Source: a bacterium
GTDB taxonomy: Bacteria > Patescibacteriota > Patescibacteriia > SG8-24
Direction of reading: 5' to 3'
NCBI GenBank assembly: GCA_023246195.1
Contig: JAHFIW010000002.1
Span: 4,259-68,258 of the forward strand
DNA: 64,000 nt
Part shown: positions 46,770 through 56,174 of the stretch, piece by piece
How positions within the stretch are numbered: the stretch's first letter is position 1
Layout of the letters: every line of letters starts with the position of its first letter
Position numbers and translations under genes: made by a program
Notes under the pieces: model-generated
Database searches by the model: none
What the model was told of the DNA's origin: nothing
The model's input: the letters and a program-made list of their open reading frames with translations, nothing else

Positions 46770-48200
46770 TCACTTAATCGTTTGATTGACCTTAGAGGCG
46801 CCGAGCTCGAGGATCTTGGTGGGATCGGCATTGCCGGCGAGCATCTGACGAATCATGTCTTGGAACGCCTGCTCGGTAGCTACCGCGTCCGTTCCATGAT
46901 ACCAGCTTTTGGCTGCCGATTCTTGAGAGGCAAACACGTTCAGGTCAAGGTCTTGCAGTTGGTCGTTGACCAGGCTGCGCAGGGCAGCCGGCTGGTGCGT
47001 CTTTGCCAGGTAAGACTTCACGTTTTCCGGTTTTGCCATGAATTCCACGAAGTCCCAGGCCTCGTTTGGATTTTGTGTCTTGGAAGTGACCGCGTTTATC
47101 CAGTAGTTGGGATAGTAGATGGGCTTGTTGCCTTCGATCTGCGGGAAGGACGAGACGCCGAAGTTCAGCTTGGGGTTGGCGAGACGTATCTGCGCCATGT
47201 GGTAGGAATAGCCGAAGAAAAATGCGGTTTGGCCGTTCTCAAAGGCCTGCAATGAGTTCGGCATCTTATCGTTCCAGGTGTAGACCTCCTTCACCGGGTT
47301 GGCGAAGTCGGTGTAGAAAATGAGCGCTTCTGCTCCTGGAGGAAAGGGACGTCCCGCGAGCTCTGGCGGGTACCGGTCAAAGGTCACGGTTCCGGAGTCG
47401 TCGGTCATGTTCGCGCCGTTTTGCATCATGAGCAGGCTCAGCACGTCCGTACCGCGCTCCACGTTGTCGGCGGTACCCAGTGCCACGCCGGACTGGATGA
47501 TGGTGCCTGTCTGGTCCAGCTTGGTGATTTTTTTGACTTGGTCCTGAAAGGTTTTCCAGTCGCCTGCGGGTTGCGCGATGCCTGCGCGGTTGAGGAGGTC
47601 TTTGTTGTAGTAAAGTGCCATCGTGTCTACAGAGAGCGGCAGTCCGTAGATTTTCGGTATCAGCGGCATCTTGGGATCGGCTTGCGCGGTGAGCATCACG
47701 GCATCCTGCGAGACCACGTCAACGTAATCGTTGGCCAGCTGCTTGAGGGTGATGCCCGGATTGCTGTGGATCACCGTCACTGCCTGCTTTTGGATGGTGC
47801 CTTGGATTTCGCGGTAGGCCAGGGTCAGCGTCTGCGGTACCGGCATCAGCTCCGGCTGGAAACGATGCATCCATGTTGCCGGCAGGCTGACGATGTCCGG
47901 CCCCTGGTCTTCAGCGAGCGCGTTGAGGATCTGCTTTTCGTACTCGTCATAGGTCAGGCGCTTGAAGTCGAAGCTGACATTGTGGTGAATCGCCTGGTAA
48001 GCGGTGAACGCGTCACCGAACGAATCCGCATCGTCATAGACGCTCCAGAACTTGAGGGTGATGGGCTTGGTCTTTTGCGCCACCTGCGCATTAGGGAAAA
48101 GCGTGCAGCCGAATCCGCCAAGAACCAGCAGCGTAGCGAGACCTGCGAGCAAGGTGAGTGCGGAGAACCGCCGTGAGGAGTTGCGTAGCATATTGGTCAA
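46770..48200 (-). CDS. Extracellular solute-binding protein (SBP family 1, sugar-type) lipoprotein
   Basis: Lipobox LGGFGC. MalE-like two-lobe SBP length and motifs. No permease or ATPase adjacent. Confidence 0.8.
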   Translation of the reverse strand: MTNMLRNSSRRFSALTLLAGLATLLVLGGFGCTLFPNAQVAQKTKPITLKFWSVYDDADSFGDAFTAYQAIHHNVSFDFKRLTYDEYEKQILNALAEDQGPDIVSLPATWMHRFQPELMPVPQTLTLAYREIQGTIQKQAVTVIHSNPGITLKQLANDYVDVVSQDAVMLTAQADPKMPLIPKIYGLPLSVDTMALYYNKDLLNRAGIAQPAGDWKTFQDQVKKITKLDQTGTIIQSGVALGTADNVERGTDVLSLLMMQNGANMTDDSGTVTFDRYPPELAGRPFPPGAEALIFYTDFANPVKEVYTWNDKMPNSLQAFENGQTAFFFGYSYHMAQIRLANPKLNFGVSSFPQIEGNKPIYYPNYWINAVTSKTQNPNEAWDFVEFMAKPENVKSYLAKTHQPAALRSLVNDQLQDLDLNVFASQESAAKSWYHGTDAVATEQAFQDMIRQMLAGNADPTKILELGASKVNQTIK

Positions 48201-49093
48201 CGTTTTTTGCTCAATTTTCCCGCAGATACGGACTTGAGATAGCGAGTGAAGGCCCCGTCGGCGTTGGCTTCGGGATGACGCTGGGCGAAATGGACGGCGG
48301 CAATCATGAATTCCAGTTTGCTGCCGCAGTCAAAACGGATGCCTTCCACCACCTTGCCGTAGATGGGCTTGTTGTTGCTCAGGTGGGTGATGAAGGCGTC
48401 CGCCAGGCGAATCTCGCCGTCTTTGCCGGGTTTTTGGGTCTTAAGGAGATGCAGGATTTCCGGAGTGACCACGTAGCGGCCGACGGCAGCAAAGGTGGAC
48501 GGTGCCTTGTCGGCAGCGGGCTTCTCGATGAATCCGTTCAGCTCCATCACGTACTTGGAAATCTTCTTGCCGCCGGCGATGCCGTATTTGGAGACGTTCT
48601 TCTTGCCTACGTCGTACAGCGCGATGACCGGATCATGATAACGCTCGTAGGCGGCAATCAGCTGCGAGGTCACCGATACTTCAGCATCGAAGATGTCGTC
48701 TCCGAACATCACTACTACCGGCTCATCCGCGCCGATGAACGGCAGCGCGGAGAGAATGGCATGTCCGTCTCCGAGCGGCGCCTGCTGCCGGACGAAGGCG
48801 AACTTTGCCAGGTTGGAAATCTTCATCAGATTTGCGAGCTCCTTGGTCCTGCCCTTCGACGCCAGTCGCGATTCCAGTTCGGCGTTGCGATCAAAGTGGT
48901 CCTCGATGGCTCGCTTTTGCTGGCTTGTGACGAAAATGATCTCTTCGATGCCTGCGGCCACGGCTTCTTCGACCACGTATTGAATGGCAGGCTTGTCGAC
49001 GATGGTCAGCATTTCCTTTGGCTGTGCCTTCGTTGCGGGCAGGAAACGCGTTCCAAGGCCGGCGACGGGGATGATAGCTTTGCGGATGTTCAT
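48197..49093 (-). CDS. galU: UTP--glucose-1-phosphate uridylyltransferase
   Basis: AIIPVAGLGTRFLPATKAQPKEMLTIVDKPAIQYVVEEA canonical GalU N-terminus. Confidence 0.9.
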   Translation of the reverse strand: MNIRKAIIPVAGLGTRFLPATKAQPKEMLTIVDKPAIQYVVEEAVAAGIEEIIFVTSQQKRAIEDHFDRNAELESRLASKGRTKELANLMKISNLAKFAFVRQQAPLGDGHAILSALPFIGADEPVVVMFGDDIFDAEVSVTSQLIAAYERYHDPVIALYDVGKKNVSKYGIAGGKKISKYVMELNGFIEKPAADKAPSTFAAVGRYVVTPEILHLLKTQKPGKDGEIRLADAFITHLSNNKPIYGKVVEGIRFDCGSKLEFMIAAVHFAQRHPEANADGAFTRYLKSVSAGKLSKKR

Positions 49094-49195
49094 AGCCTCA
49101 CAAGTATACGGAAAACGGAGCATTCCGAAAAGGCCGCGTAAGTACAAAAAAGCGGCAGCCATCGGCCGCCGCCCGTTCACTGATGTTCGTCAATT

Positions 49196-50674
49196 TTAGC
49201 GGAACAGTACGGTTTCGTTTACCGAGCTTACGGCCTGAGCCACGATTGGCTGGTATTCCGGCGCTAAGAAGGTGGGATACGTCTCAATCATCAGGTTGAA
49301 GGCGGCTTCCACCTTGCCGTAGTCGGTGCCCTTGTACCAGCTTTTTGCGGTGAGCACTTGTCCTGCGAAGGGGGCAATGTCGGGATCGGTAAGCTGCGAT
49401 CCGATGAGCCCGCGCAATGCCGTGGGGCGCTTCGTTGCCGTGAGGAACGTCCCCACCTGATCGGGGCCGGTGATGAACTGAAGGAAGTCCCAGGCTTCGT
49501 CGGGGGCAAGGGTCTTCTTGGAGACCACCTCGACCGGATAGTGCAGCACGTTCACGGGGTTGCTGGTATCGACTTGCGGCAGCGGCGCGACTCCGAAGTC
49601 GATCTTTGCGCTGCGGTCGCGGATCTTGGCCGCGTCTGAGGGGTAGCCGAAGTAGAAAGCGGTCTTGCCGGCGATGAAGGCGTCGAGCGATTGCGGCATT
49701 TGGGCGTTCCAGGAGTAGTTGCTGGAAGTGGGGATGGCAAAGCTCTGATAGAAGATCAGCGCTTCTATGCCGGGCGGAAACTGCTTGCCTTGGGTCGCAG
49801 GCGTGAAATTGGCAAAATTCGCGTAGCCGCTGTCGTCGGCCATCATCGCGCCGTTCTGCCACATGATGGCCGACAAGATGTCGACGTTGTTCATCACGTT
49901 CTTGCCGAGGCCGAGGGCTGCGCCTGACTGCTTGATGACCTTGGGTGCGTCTGGTGCGGGGACGTTCGCGGGGGCGGCGTTGACGTTGGCCGCATTCACG
50001 TTTGCGGCGGCGGGGGCCGGCGTGGTGTCGAAGATGGTCAGTTTGGCGGCATCAGCCTGCACGTCTTGCCAGGTTACCGGCGGTTTATCGATGCTGCCGC
50101 GTTTGAGGATGTCGCGATTGTAAAAAAGTGCCAGCGTGTCGGCGGAGAGCGGCAGCCCCAGAATGTGACTGGTGGGCGCGGTTCCCGGCTTGTCTGTGAC
50201 GGAGATGATGAGGTCTTTGGTGATGCCTTCCACGTAGCGGTTGGTGAAGTCCAGGATGCTCATGGTCGGCTGCTTCTGCTTGACCGTGACGATCTGCTTT
50301 TGCGCGTTGACCTGCTGTGTGGCCACAGTCGTCTCCTTGGGCATCGGCAGGAGTTTCGGCGTCCACTCGCCCAGCCAGGTGTTGGGGACACTGAAGATGT
50401 CCGGTCCCTTGTTCAGCGCGAAAGCTTCGAGCAAGGTGCGGTCGTAGTCTTCCTCTCGTTGCGTGGTCACGATGACATTCACGTTGGGGTGCAGCTTTTC
50501 GTACGCGGCTATCGGCGCGTCGAGCGCGGACGGGTCATCCTGAATGCGCCAGTATTGAAGGGTGACGGGCTTGAGCTGCACGGATGAGTTGCCTCCCAAC
50601 AGGGGGCAGCCCGCACCGACGAGCAACAATGATGAGACAAAGGCGGCAAGAGGGAGGAATTTCCGCATATTCAT
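49196..50674 (-). CDS. Extracellular solute-binding protein (SBP family 1) lipoprotein, paralog of 46770..48200
   Basis: Lipobox LLVGAGC. Shares motifs with the neighbouring SBP (ALIFY..FA, AFYFGY). Confidence 0.8.
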   Translation of the reverse strand: MNMRKFLPLAAFVSSLLLVGAGCPLLGGNSSVQLKPVTLQYWRIQDDPSALDAPIAAYEKLHPNVNVIVTTQREEDYDRTLLEAFALNKGPDIFSVPNTWLGEWTPKLLPMPKETTVATQQVNAQKQIVTVKQKQPTMSILDFTNRYVEGITKDLIISVTDKPGTAPTSHILGLPLSADTLALFYNRDILKRGSIDKPPVTWQDVQADAAKLTIFDTTPAPAAANVNAANVNAAPANVPAPDAPKVIKQSGAALGLGKNVMNNVDILSAIMWQNGAMMADDSGYANFANFTPATQGKQFPPGIEALIFYQSFAIPTSSNYSWNAQMPQSLDAFIAGKTAFYFGYPSDAAKIRDRSAKIDFGVAPLPQVDTSNPVNVLHYPVEVVSKKTLAPDEAWDFLQFITGPDQVGTFLTATKRPTALRGLIGSQLTDPDIAPFAGQVLTAKSWYKGTDYGKVEAAFNLMIETYPTFLAPEYQPIVAQAVSSVNETVLFR

Positions 50675-50775
50675 GGAGTAAATGTGAGGAAAGTATAGCA
50701 CACATGGTTAAAGGGGTCTTTTCGGAACTGCGGGCGAGTGGTATCGTCGGTGTTATGTGCTATTGAAATGGAACC

Positions 50776-51456
50776 ATGATGACTTTACGAATTGCCCACA
50801 GAGGAGCGCCGTACTTTGCACCCGAGAACTCTCTCCAGGGCTTTGAGAAGGCCCTCTCGTTTTCGCCGGACATGGTCGAAATGGATCTGCGGTCATGCCG
50901 CGGCGGCCATGCCGTGGTCATTCACGACAAGACCATTAATCGTGTCACCAACGGCAAGGGAAAGGTGTCCAAGCTGACATTGGAAAAATTGCGCACGTTC
51001 AGGCTGGCTAACGGTGAGCCGATTCCCACGTTTGCCGAGGCGCTGGAGGTGCTGCGCGGGCGTGCTGATATCAAGATCGACGTGAAGTCTCGCGGAATGG
51101 AAGGCGTAGTGGTGCGTGCGCTTCGCCGCATGGGCATCCTGCGTCAGACTATTGTCATCGCCTATGGCCGCAAGTCGCTGCTTGCTTTCAGAAATGAGGG
51201 AGGGGCGTCATTGCGCACGGAGTTGGGTGGCGTATACGCCCCGCACCGACGTCTTCGGGCCGTTTCCTCGGCGTTGAAATCCGGAGCGACCATCATCTCG
51301 GCGAATCACACCTTGGTGAACGCCAAGTTCGTGGAAAAGTGCCGCAGCAGAGGCTTGGACATTCATGCCTGGACCGTCAACACCAAGCAGGAAGCCGATC
51401 GGCTGCGAGAACTTGGCGTGGCCGCGATTGCGACGGACCGGTTGGACATCATCTAG
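50776..51456 (+). CDS. Glycerophosphodiester phosphodiesterase family protein
   Basis: HRGAPYFAPENSLQGF ... EMDLR ... VIHD GDPD catalytic motifs. Confidence 0.85.
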   Translation: MMTLRIAHRGAPYFAPENSLQGFEKALSFSPDMVEMDLRSCRGGHAVVIHDKTINRVTNGKGKVSKLTLEKLRTFRLANGEPIPTFAEALEVLRGRADIKIDVKSRGMEGVVVRALRRMGILRQTIVIAYGRKSLLAFRNEGGASLRTELGGVYAPHRRLRAVSSALKSGATIISANHTLVNAKFVEKCRSRGLDIHAWTVNTKQEADRLRELGVAAIATDRLDII

Positions 51457-51461
51457 CATGG

Positions 51462-51491
51462 CAGGCGGCCCCTTCGGCAGGGGTCGTTTTT
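51462..51491 (+). terminator. Intrinsic terminator after GDPD gene
   Basis: GGCGGCCCCTTCGGCAGGGGTCG + TTTTTTT. Confidence 0.6.
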
Positions 51492-51837
51492 TTAAATGGG
51501 CCAACGTAAAAACGCCAGACATGCTGGCGTTTTAACGATGGCGGTGGAGTCCTATGGCTTGTAGGCTTCAAAAGCGCGTCAATTTTCTCAATGTAAGCCG
51601 GTTTCGTCATAGGTCTGACTAGGTTCAATTGATAGCTATTTTACCCTGAACCACTCGTTTACGCGAACAAGTTATCCCTGTCAAAAAGAGGCCCGAGGGT
51701 AGCCCTAGCCTTCTTAAGGCCGAAAATCCGGCCAGTGTCCCATGTCGCAGTTTTTTGCGCCCCGCTCAGCAAAACGGCACATTTACGCCCACCCCTCGGA
51801 ACTGTCTCATTTTGCTTTTCACCCTCTGTCGTTCATC

Positions 51838-51885
51838 GTTGAAAAAAACGCCAAAATATGGTAATCTAGGCTCACGTAAGTTCGT
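51838..51885 (+). promoter_or_regulatory. Putative promoter of paralog 2 (-35 TTGAAA, -10 TAATCT) with conserved TSS motif AGGCTCACGTAAG shared with paralog 1 (TATAAGGCTGTCACGTGAG at ~16160-16180)
   Basis: Read directly. Motif conservation between the two module copies. Confidence 0.4.
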
Positions 51886-51951
51886 CAGATGGCAAGTCCC
51901 GTGTCCCGCCATGGTGGCGGGAAAATGGAATGGCCGAGACAGGAGAGAGTC

Positions 51952-52524
51952 ATGGGAAAGAATCGTGAGTTCGTCAGCGCATCCGGCACGGCATACGACG
52001 TCGTGCAGAAGCTCGCCCAGGCCGTCTACGCCCGGGGCGGGGACGACGACAGCATCCGCCGGGTCATCTCCGACGAGGCGCTCCGAGGCAAGCTGGCCGA
52101 CCTCATCGTCGGCACTGCGGCCAGGACCCTCGCCCAGATGGTCGCCGCCGGCCGCTACGACTGGGCCAACTCGGACATCAACGAGAAGAACTTCAAAGTC
52201 AGCGCCGAGCGGTTCACCGCCGACGGCCTCGAGGCCATCCATTTCGGCAAGGTGATGACCACCGCACAGGTCGAGATCAATCTCGACCGTCGCGGCCTGC
52301 GTTCGGCCTGGATCGAGGAACTCCTCGCCTACGGCGCGGAGAACCCCGAGGAACAGCGCAAGTTCCCGATCGTCGCCCTCGGTTCCTCATGGGTGAATCC
52401 CGGTGGCGGCCGCGGCGTCCTGGACCTGTGCGGGGGCGGCGGTCGGCGCGGGCTGAGCCTGCGCTGGGGCGGCCCCGGGTGCCGCTGGGACGCGGACTAC
52501 CGCTTCCTCGCCCGTCGCAAGTAG
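51952..52524 (+). CDS. Uncharacterised conserved protein, paralog 2 (very GC-rich copy)
   Basis: 190 aa, ATG at 51952 preceded by AGGAGAGAG. ~50% identical to the 16222..16740 product. ~70-75% GC versus ~57% for the window. Confidence 0.6.
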   Translation: MGKNREFVSASGTAYDVVQKLAQAVYARGGDDDSIRRVISDEALRGKLADLIVGTAARTLAQMVAAGRYDWANSDINEKNFKVSAERFTADGLEAIHFGKVMTTAQVEINLDRRGLRSAWIEELLAYGAENPEEQRKFPIVALGSSWVNPGGGRGVLDLCGGGGRRGLSLRWGGPGCRWDADYRFLARRK

Positions 52525-52568
52525 CCCTGGGGCGCTTGGGCGCTTAGTCCTGGCCCTTTGGCCCTTAT

Positions 52569-52604
52569 CTGGCCGCGAACTCAGTTCGCGGCCAGACTTT
52601 TTTA
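52569..52604 (+). terminator. Intrinsic terminator of paralog 2
   Basis: CTGGCCGCGAAC-TCAG-TTCGCGGCCAG + ACTTTTTTTAT. Same position as copy 1's hairpin but a different sequence (compensatory). Confidence 0.6.
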
Positions 52605-52620
52605 TGCTAAAATCGAAACG

Positions 52621-52693
52621 GATGAGACGAAACAGCCTGCGGCCACGGTTTCAGGCGGTCAAATCTGGGCCCGGGCGATCTTCCGGAATGACG
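52621..52693 (+). other. Conserved non-coding element, copy 2
   Basis: GATGAGACGAAACAGCCTGCGGCCACGGTTTCAGGCGGTCAAATCTGGGCC...GGAATGACG, homologous to 16821..16890. Preceded by a partial internal duplication AATCGAAACG. Confidence 0.45.
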
Positions 52694-52752
52694 CGCGACA
52701 CGTCGCGTGCCAGCGCGAATTCGTCGGAGGCGGCAGGTTCTGGAAGGCGATG

Positions 52753-52950
52753 GGCGGCGACGCGGATCATGCTGGCCCCACGACGACTTCCTCCGACACC
52801 CGCGCCTACGTGAAGTACCTTCTGCGGGAGGGGAGCGCCACCGAGAAGCGGGAACTGCTCGCCAACCTGAAGAGCAGGCTGACGTACAAGGACAAGACGG
52901 TGACGCTGCTGGATGCCAGCCCCGTCGCGATCATCTCGGCCTCTTCGTAG
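52753..52950 (+). CDS. Possible small GC-rich ORF (66 aa) downstream of the conserved element
   Basis: GGAAGG-N5-ATG. GC3-rich codons. Ends 15 nt before a strong terminator. The longer 52558 ORF overlaps the non-coding element and is rejected. Confidence 0.3.
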   Translation, partial: GGDADHAGPTTTSSDTRAYVKYLLREGSATEKRELLANLKSRLTYKDKTVTLLDASPVAIISASS

Positions 52951-52965
52951 AGCACCGCAGGAACA

Positions 52966-52995
52966 ACAAAACGCCCCGCGCAGGGGCGTTTTGTT
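52966..52995 (+). terminator. Intrinsic terminator
   Basis: AAAACGCCCCGCGCAGGGGCGTTTTGTTTT. Confidence 0.5.
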
Positions 52996-53065
52996 TTGGC
53001 GACACGTTCCTATCTGCTTGCTCGCGCGCCCAAAGGGTACGCGGGTTGCCGATAAGAAATTGTCG

Positions 53066-53155
53066 TGGCGGAGAGGGTGGGAGTCGAACCCACGTTACCC
53101 TTGCGGGTAAATCAGATTTCGAGTCTGACGCGTTCGACCACTCTGCCACCTCTCC
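53066..53155 (-). tRNA. tRNA-Ser (anticodon CGA), long variable arm, CCA encoded
   Basis: Reverse complement GGAGAGGTGGCAGAGTGGTCGAACGCGTCAGACTCGAAATCTGA...GGGTTCGACTCCCACCCTCTCCGCCA folds as a class II tRNA. Confidence 0.9.
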
Positions 53156-53235
53156 AGGTGATCCTATCCCGTGGTCTAGGATTACAGTAGGAAATTATCA
53201 TGCCTTTCTCTTTGCGTAAAGACCCCCGCCCCCTG

Positions 53236-54570
53236 CTACGTCACCCACGGTGATATCGGCTCGCCTGTCACGACCGCCTTGGCCTTATCAAGCAGCGATG
53301 CTCGCGATGCGGCTTGGACGCTCTCGGTGATGCCGACGATAATCCAAAAGAGGAAAGCCAGGTCGTTTTTGAAGTAGGGGACGTCGACTAGGCCGTGTAT
53401 CAAGAGGGTGATCATCACGGCGGCGTTGGTGGCGACTATCCAACCGTTCTTATGCAGTTTCCACGATTTTCGGAAGAAGCGGACGATGATCCAGATGAAC
53501 GCTCCGAGTCCGAGCATGCCGGTCTCGCTCCAGAAGTTTACGAGGATGTCGTGCGGGTATTGGAAAATTTCGATCCAGTAGTGCGTGTGATACGGCGCGA
53601 TGCGCGTGGGGTAGCCGGAAAGTCCGGCGCCGAAGACGGGATTGTCCTTGAACATGTTGGCCGTCTCGCTCCAGATGATGCCGCGCACGGAAGACGAGTC
53701 TTCGCGGAAGCCGACGATTCGCGCAAAGAAGTTGGTGGCCGGAAGGTAGAGCATCACCACCATGCAGGCGGCAATGATGGCGCCGAGCGTCCATGCGCGC
53801 AGCTTTTTGTCGAACAGGCCGAGTGCGGTGATACCGACGGCGATGCCGATCATGCCGCCCTTGGAAACCGCGAAGACAACGCCGCAGGTGCCAAGCAACG
53901 CAGCTGCCGCCGGAAGGATCGCCAGCAACCGGCGCGTTGAGCGCTTTGCGCGGAGCAACGCTAACGACCAGCCGGCCATTAGCGTCACGACGGGAGCGGA
54001 CAGCAGCGCGATGGCGTTGGGGAAGCCGAAGAAGCTCGTGGCTCGCCGAGTGGCGGCAGCGGCCCATGCGGGATTGGGGATGCCGAAGCCCGTGATTTTT
54101 TGATAGATGGCCGTGACGCCGATGACCGATATGCAGGTTCCGAGCGTTGCGATCATCCAGATACCGTGTTTTTCGCGCTTCACCGTGTGCACGAACATCG
54201 GGAAGAACAGGATCGGTTCAAGTATGTACGCGCGCCACAGGCCGAGCGCAGCGCGAAGATCGGATGATACAAACACGCTGATAGTGGCGGCCGTGACGAA
54301 GATCGTCAGCGGCACTGCCCACTCCTCCAGCGCATCCCACGCGCCGGGCTTCTTTGCGTCCGGGGCATCCATGAAATACCACGCGACGAACAGTTCCCAA
54401 AAAAATACTTCGAGCAGCGTGGAAGGAAGCGTGCCGATGCCGAGCGGCAGCGAAAGCCGTACGAGGTATACGGGAAGCAGTCCGCAGAACGCGGCGAGCG
54501 CCGCTTCGCGCCGCCAGATGGCGAGCGCGAGGAACAGCATGGCGAGAATGGCGGCGGGTACGAGAGGCAT
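53236..54570 (-). CDS. O-antigen ligase/polymerase-like (Wzy_C / WaaL family) polytopic membrane protein
   Basis: ~12 TM segments with a periplasmic loop carrying the RxxxW.E..H-type motif region. Confidence 0.65.
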   Translation of the reverse strand: MPLVPAAILAMLFLALAIWRREAALAAFCGLLPVYLVRLSLPLGIGTLPSTLLEVFFWELFVAWYFMDAPDAKKPGAWDALEEWAVPLTIFVTAATISVFVSSDLRAALGLWRAYILEPILFFPMFVHTVKREKHGIWMIATLGTCISVIGVTAIYQKITGFGIPNPAWAAAATRRATSFFGFPNAIALLSAPVVTLMAGWSLALLRAKRSTRRLLAILPAAAALLGTCGVVFAVSKGGMIGIAVGITALGLFDKKLRAWTLGAIIAACMVVMLYLPATNFFARIVGFREDSSSVRGIIWSETANMFKDNPVFGAGLSGYPTRIAPYHTHYWIEIFQYPHDILVNFWSETGMLGLGAFIWIIVRFFRKSWKLHKNGWIVATNAAVMITLLIHGLVDVPYFKNDLAFLFWIIVGITESVQAASRASLLDKAKAVVTGEPISPWVT

Positions 54571-54583
54571 AGGTGCAGACGCG

Positions 54584-56008
54584 TTACTGTACGGCAGTTT
54601 TTTTGAACGAAGCCAACGTTTCTTTGGTAACCGCCCCGAACGCGATCACCAGCGCCACGTAAACGCCTCCGCCGATGGCCACGCGTACCAGCACGTTGAG
54701 CGGCGCTGCCAGCCATACCGAGACGGCCATGAGCGCGCTTGCCGCCGCGGCTTTCATGAACACGCCAAGCTTCGGCATGTGGCGCAACGTCGAAAGCACT
54801 GCCGCCGCCGTGATGAGCGCGATGAAACATTCGGAGAACACCGTCACCCAGGCCGCGCCGGTCGCGCCGTAGCGGGGGATGGCGTAGGCGTAGAGTGCCA
54901 GGGACAGCGCGGCGTCGACGGCATAGGCCCCGATCATCTTCTTCTGCATGCCCATGGCAACCACGGAGTAGCCGAACAGCGCGCTCCAGAACACTGCGGC
55001 GCCGGCAATCATCAGGATGCCGAGGTAGAGTCCGGAATTCGCGAACCTGCCGCCTCCGACGAAGCTCATCAGGTCGCGCGCCACCACGAAGGTGCCGAAT
55101 GCAAGTGGAAGCGCTATCAGCGAAAGCGCGTCGAATGCCTTGCTGAGCTTGCGTCTGAACTCTTCATGATTGCCTGCCGCCCAGGCGCGAGCCAAGATCG
55201 GCAGCATCAGCCCCATGAAGATCGTCGGTATGACGGTGATGACGTCGAGCACCTTGTAGGCCGCGCCATAGAGGCCGACTTCGGCTTGCGGGCGCAACAG
55301 CGAGAGGATGACCACGTCGCCCTTGAGATAGACGAGATTAAAGGCGATGGATAAGCCGATGGGCCACGACTCCTTGATGATGGTGCGCCACATCGCCATG
55401 TCGAAGGCGAGTTCCAACTTGGTCAGTTTGCGCGCGTAGTAAAATGAAATGCCGAATTGCACCGCATTACCGGCAACGAGCGAAGCGATGACCGGTAAAA
55501 GCCCCGCGCCCGTCACGGAGGCGAAGACGACTCCCGCGAGCAGGGTCACTCGTCCACAGGTGTCGGCAAGGGCTGAACGGCTCGTGGCAAGATGTTTTTG
55601 AAAGATGCCGGTGAGCACTTGCGACACCGTCATGGTGAAGAATGACAGCGCCCCGACGGCAATGGCCGTCTTCACCAGTGGCGGATACGGAAAAAGCAGC
55701 CCGACGATAGGTGCCAGACCGAAGAACACCATGGCTGAGAACAGGCGCAGGGTGAGCACGTTCGATGCCACGCGGCCTTCGTTATGACTGTCGTCGGAAA
55801 TCATCCGGGCCATGGTAAGCGTGAGCCCGAAGTCCACCAAGATGCCGAAAAACTGCAAAAAAGAAACGGTCGTCGTATAGGCGCCGAAGCCGTCGGTCCC
55901 GAGGCTGCGCATCATCACCGCAATGGTCACGACGCCAAGAAGATTGCCGGCAAATCTGCCCGCAATCTGGACGATGGTGTTGCTTGCGACTGCCCGTGCC
56001 TGCGACAT
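54584..56008 (-). CDS. wzx: Oligosaccharide flippase (Wzx / MOP superfamily polysaccharide biosynthesis protein)
   Basis: 474 aa, 12-14 TM. N-terminal VQIAGRF..LGVVTIAVMMRSLG typical of PST family. Confidence 0.8.
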   Translation of the reverse strand: MSQARAVASNTIVQIAGRFAGNLLGVVTIAVMMRSLGTDGFGAYTTTVSFLQFFGILVDFGLTLTMARMISDDSHNEGRVASNVLTLRLFSAMVFFGLAPIVGLLFPYPPLVKTAIAVGALSFFTMTVSQVLTGIFQKHLATSRSALADTCGRVTLLAGVVFASVTGAGLLPVIASLVAGNAVQFGISFYYARKLTKLELAFDMAMWRTIIKESWPIGLSIAFNLVYLKGDVVILSLLRPQAEVGLYGAAYKVLDVITVIPTIFMGLMLPILARAWAAGNHEEFRRKLSKAFDALSLIALPLAFGTFVVARDLMSFVGGGRFANSGLYLGILMIAGAAVFWSALFGYSVVAMGMQKKMIGAYAVDAALSLALYAYAIPRYGATGAAWVTVFSECFIALITAAAVLSTLRHMPKLGVFMKAAAASALMAVSVWLAAPLNVLVRVAIGGGVYVALVIAFGAVTKETLASFKKTAVQ

Positions 56009-56174
56009 GCGTTGCGGAGTAAGAATCGGTTCAGTTTCGCGTCATGTTATCAACAGTATAGCACGTTACTCCGCCTTAACGCCGATTGACAATGGTGCAT
56101 TTTTGTTCTAAAATACGCTAAGAATATGCATGCATCTCGAGCCGTTTTCAGAGAATGGTCTTACTTCACAAGCC

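Noticed and set aside
51538-51556. Possible degenerate direct repeat of the tRNA-Ser 3' end (TGGCGGTGGAGTC)
   Set aside because: It matches only ~13 of 20 nt with a gap. That is too weak to call an att site. It is mentioned only as something to test.
16192-52524. Idea that the two module copies are direct-repeat boundaries of a 36-kb mobile island
   Set aside because: The copies are only ~50% identical at protein level and differ strongly in GC. The intervening DNA is dominated by housekeeping and envelope genes, with no integrase, transposase or phage genes apart from the Xer-family recombinase.
52558-52950. 130-aa ORF overlapping conserved element copy 2
   Set aside because: Its N-terminal third is the translation of the conserved non-coding element. 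A 1-nt indel relative to copy 1 breaks frame conservation. Only the GC-rich 3' part (52753..52950) is retained, as a low-confidence small ORF.
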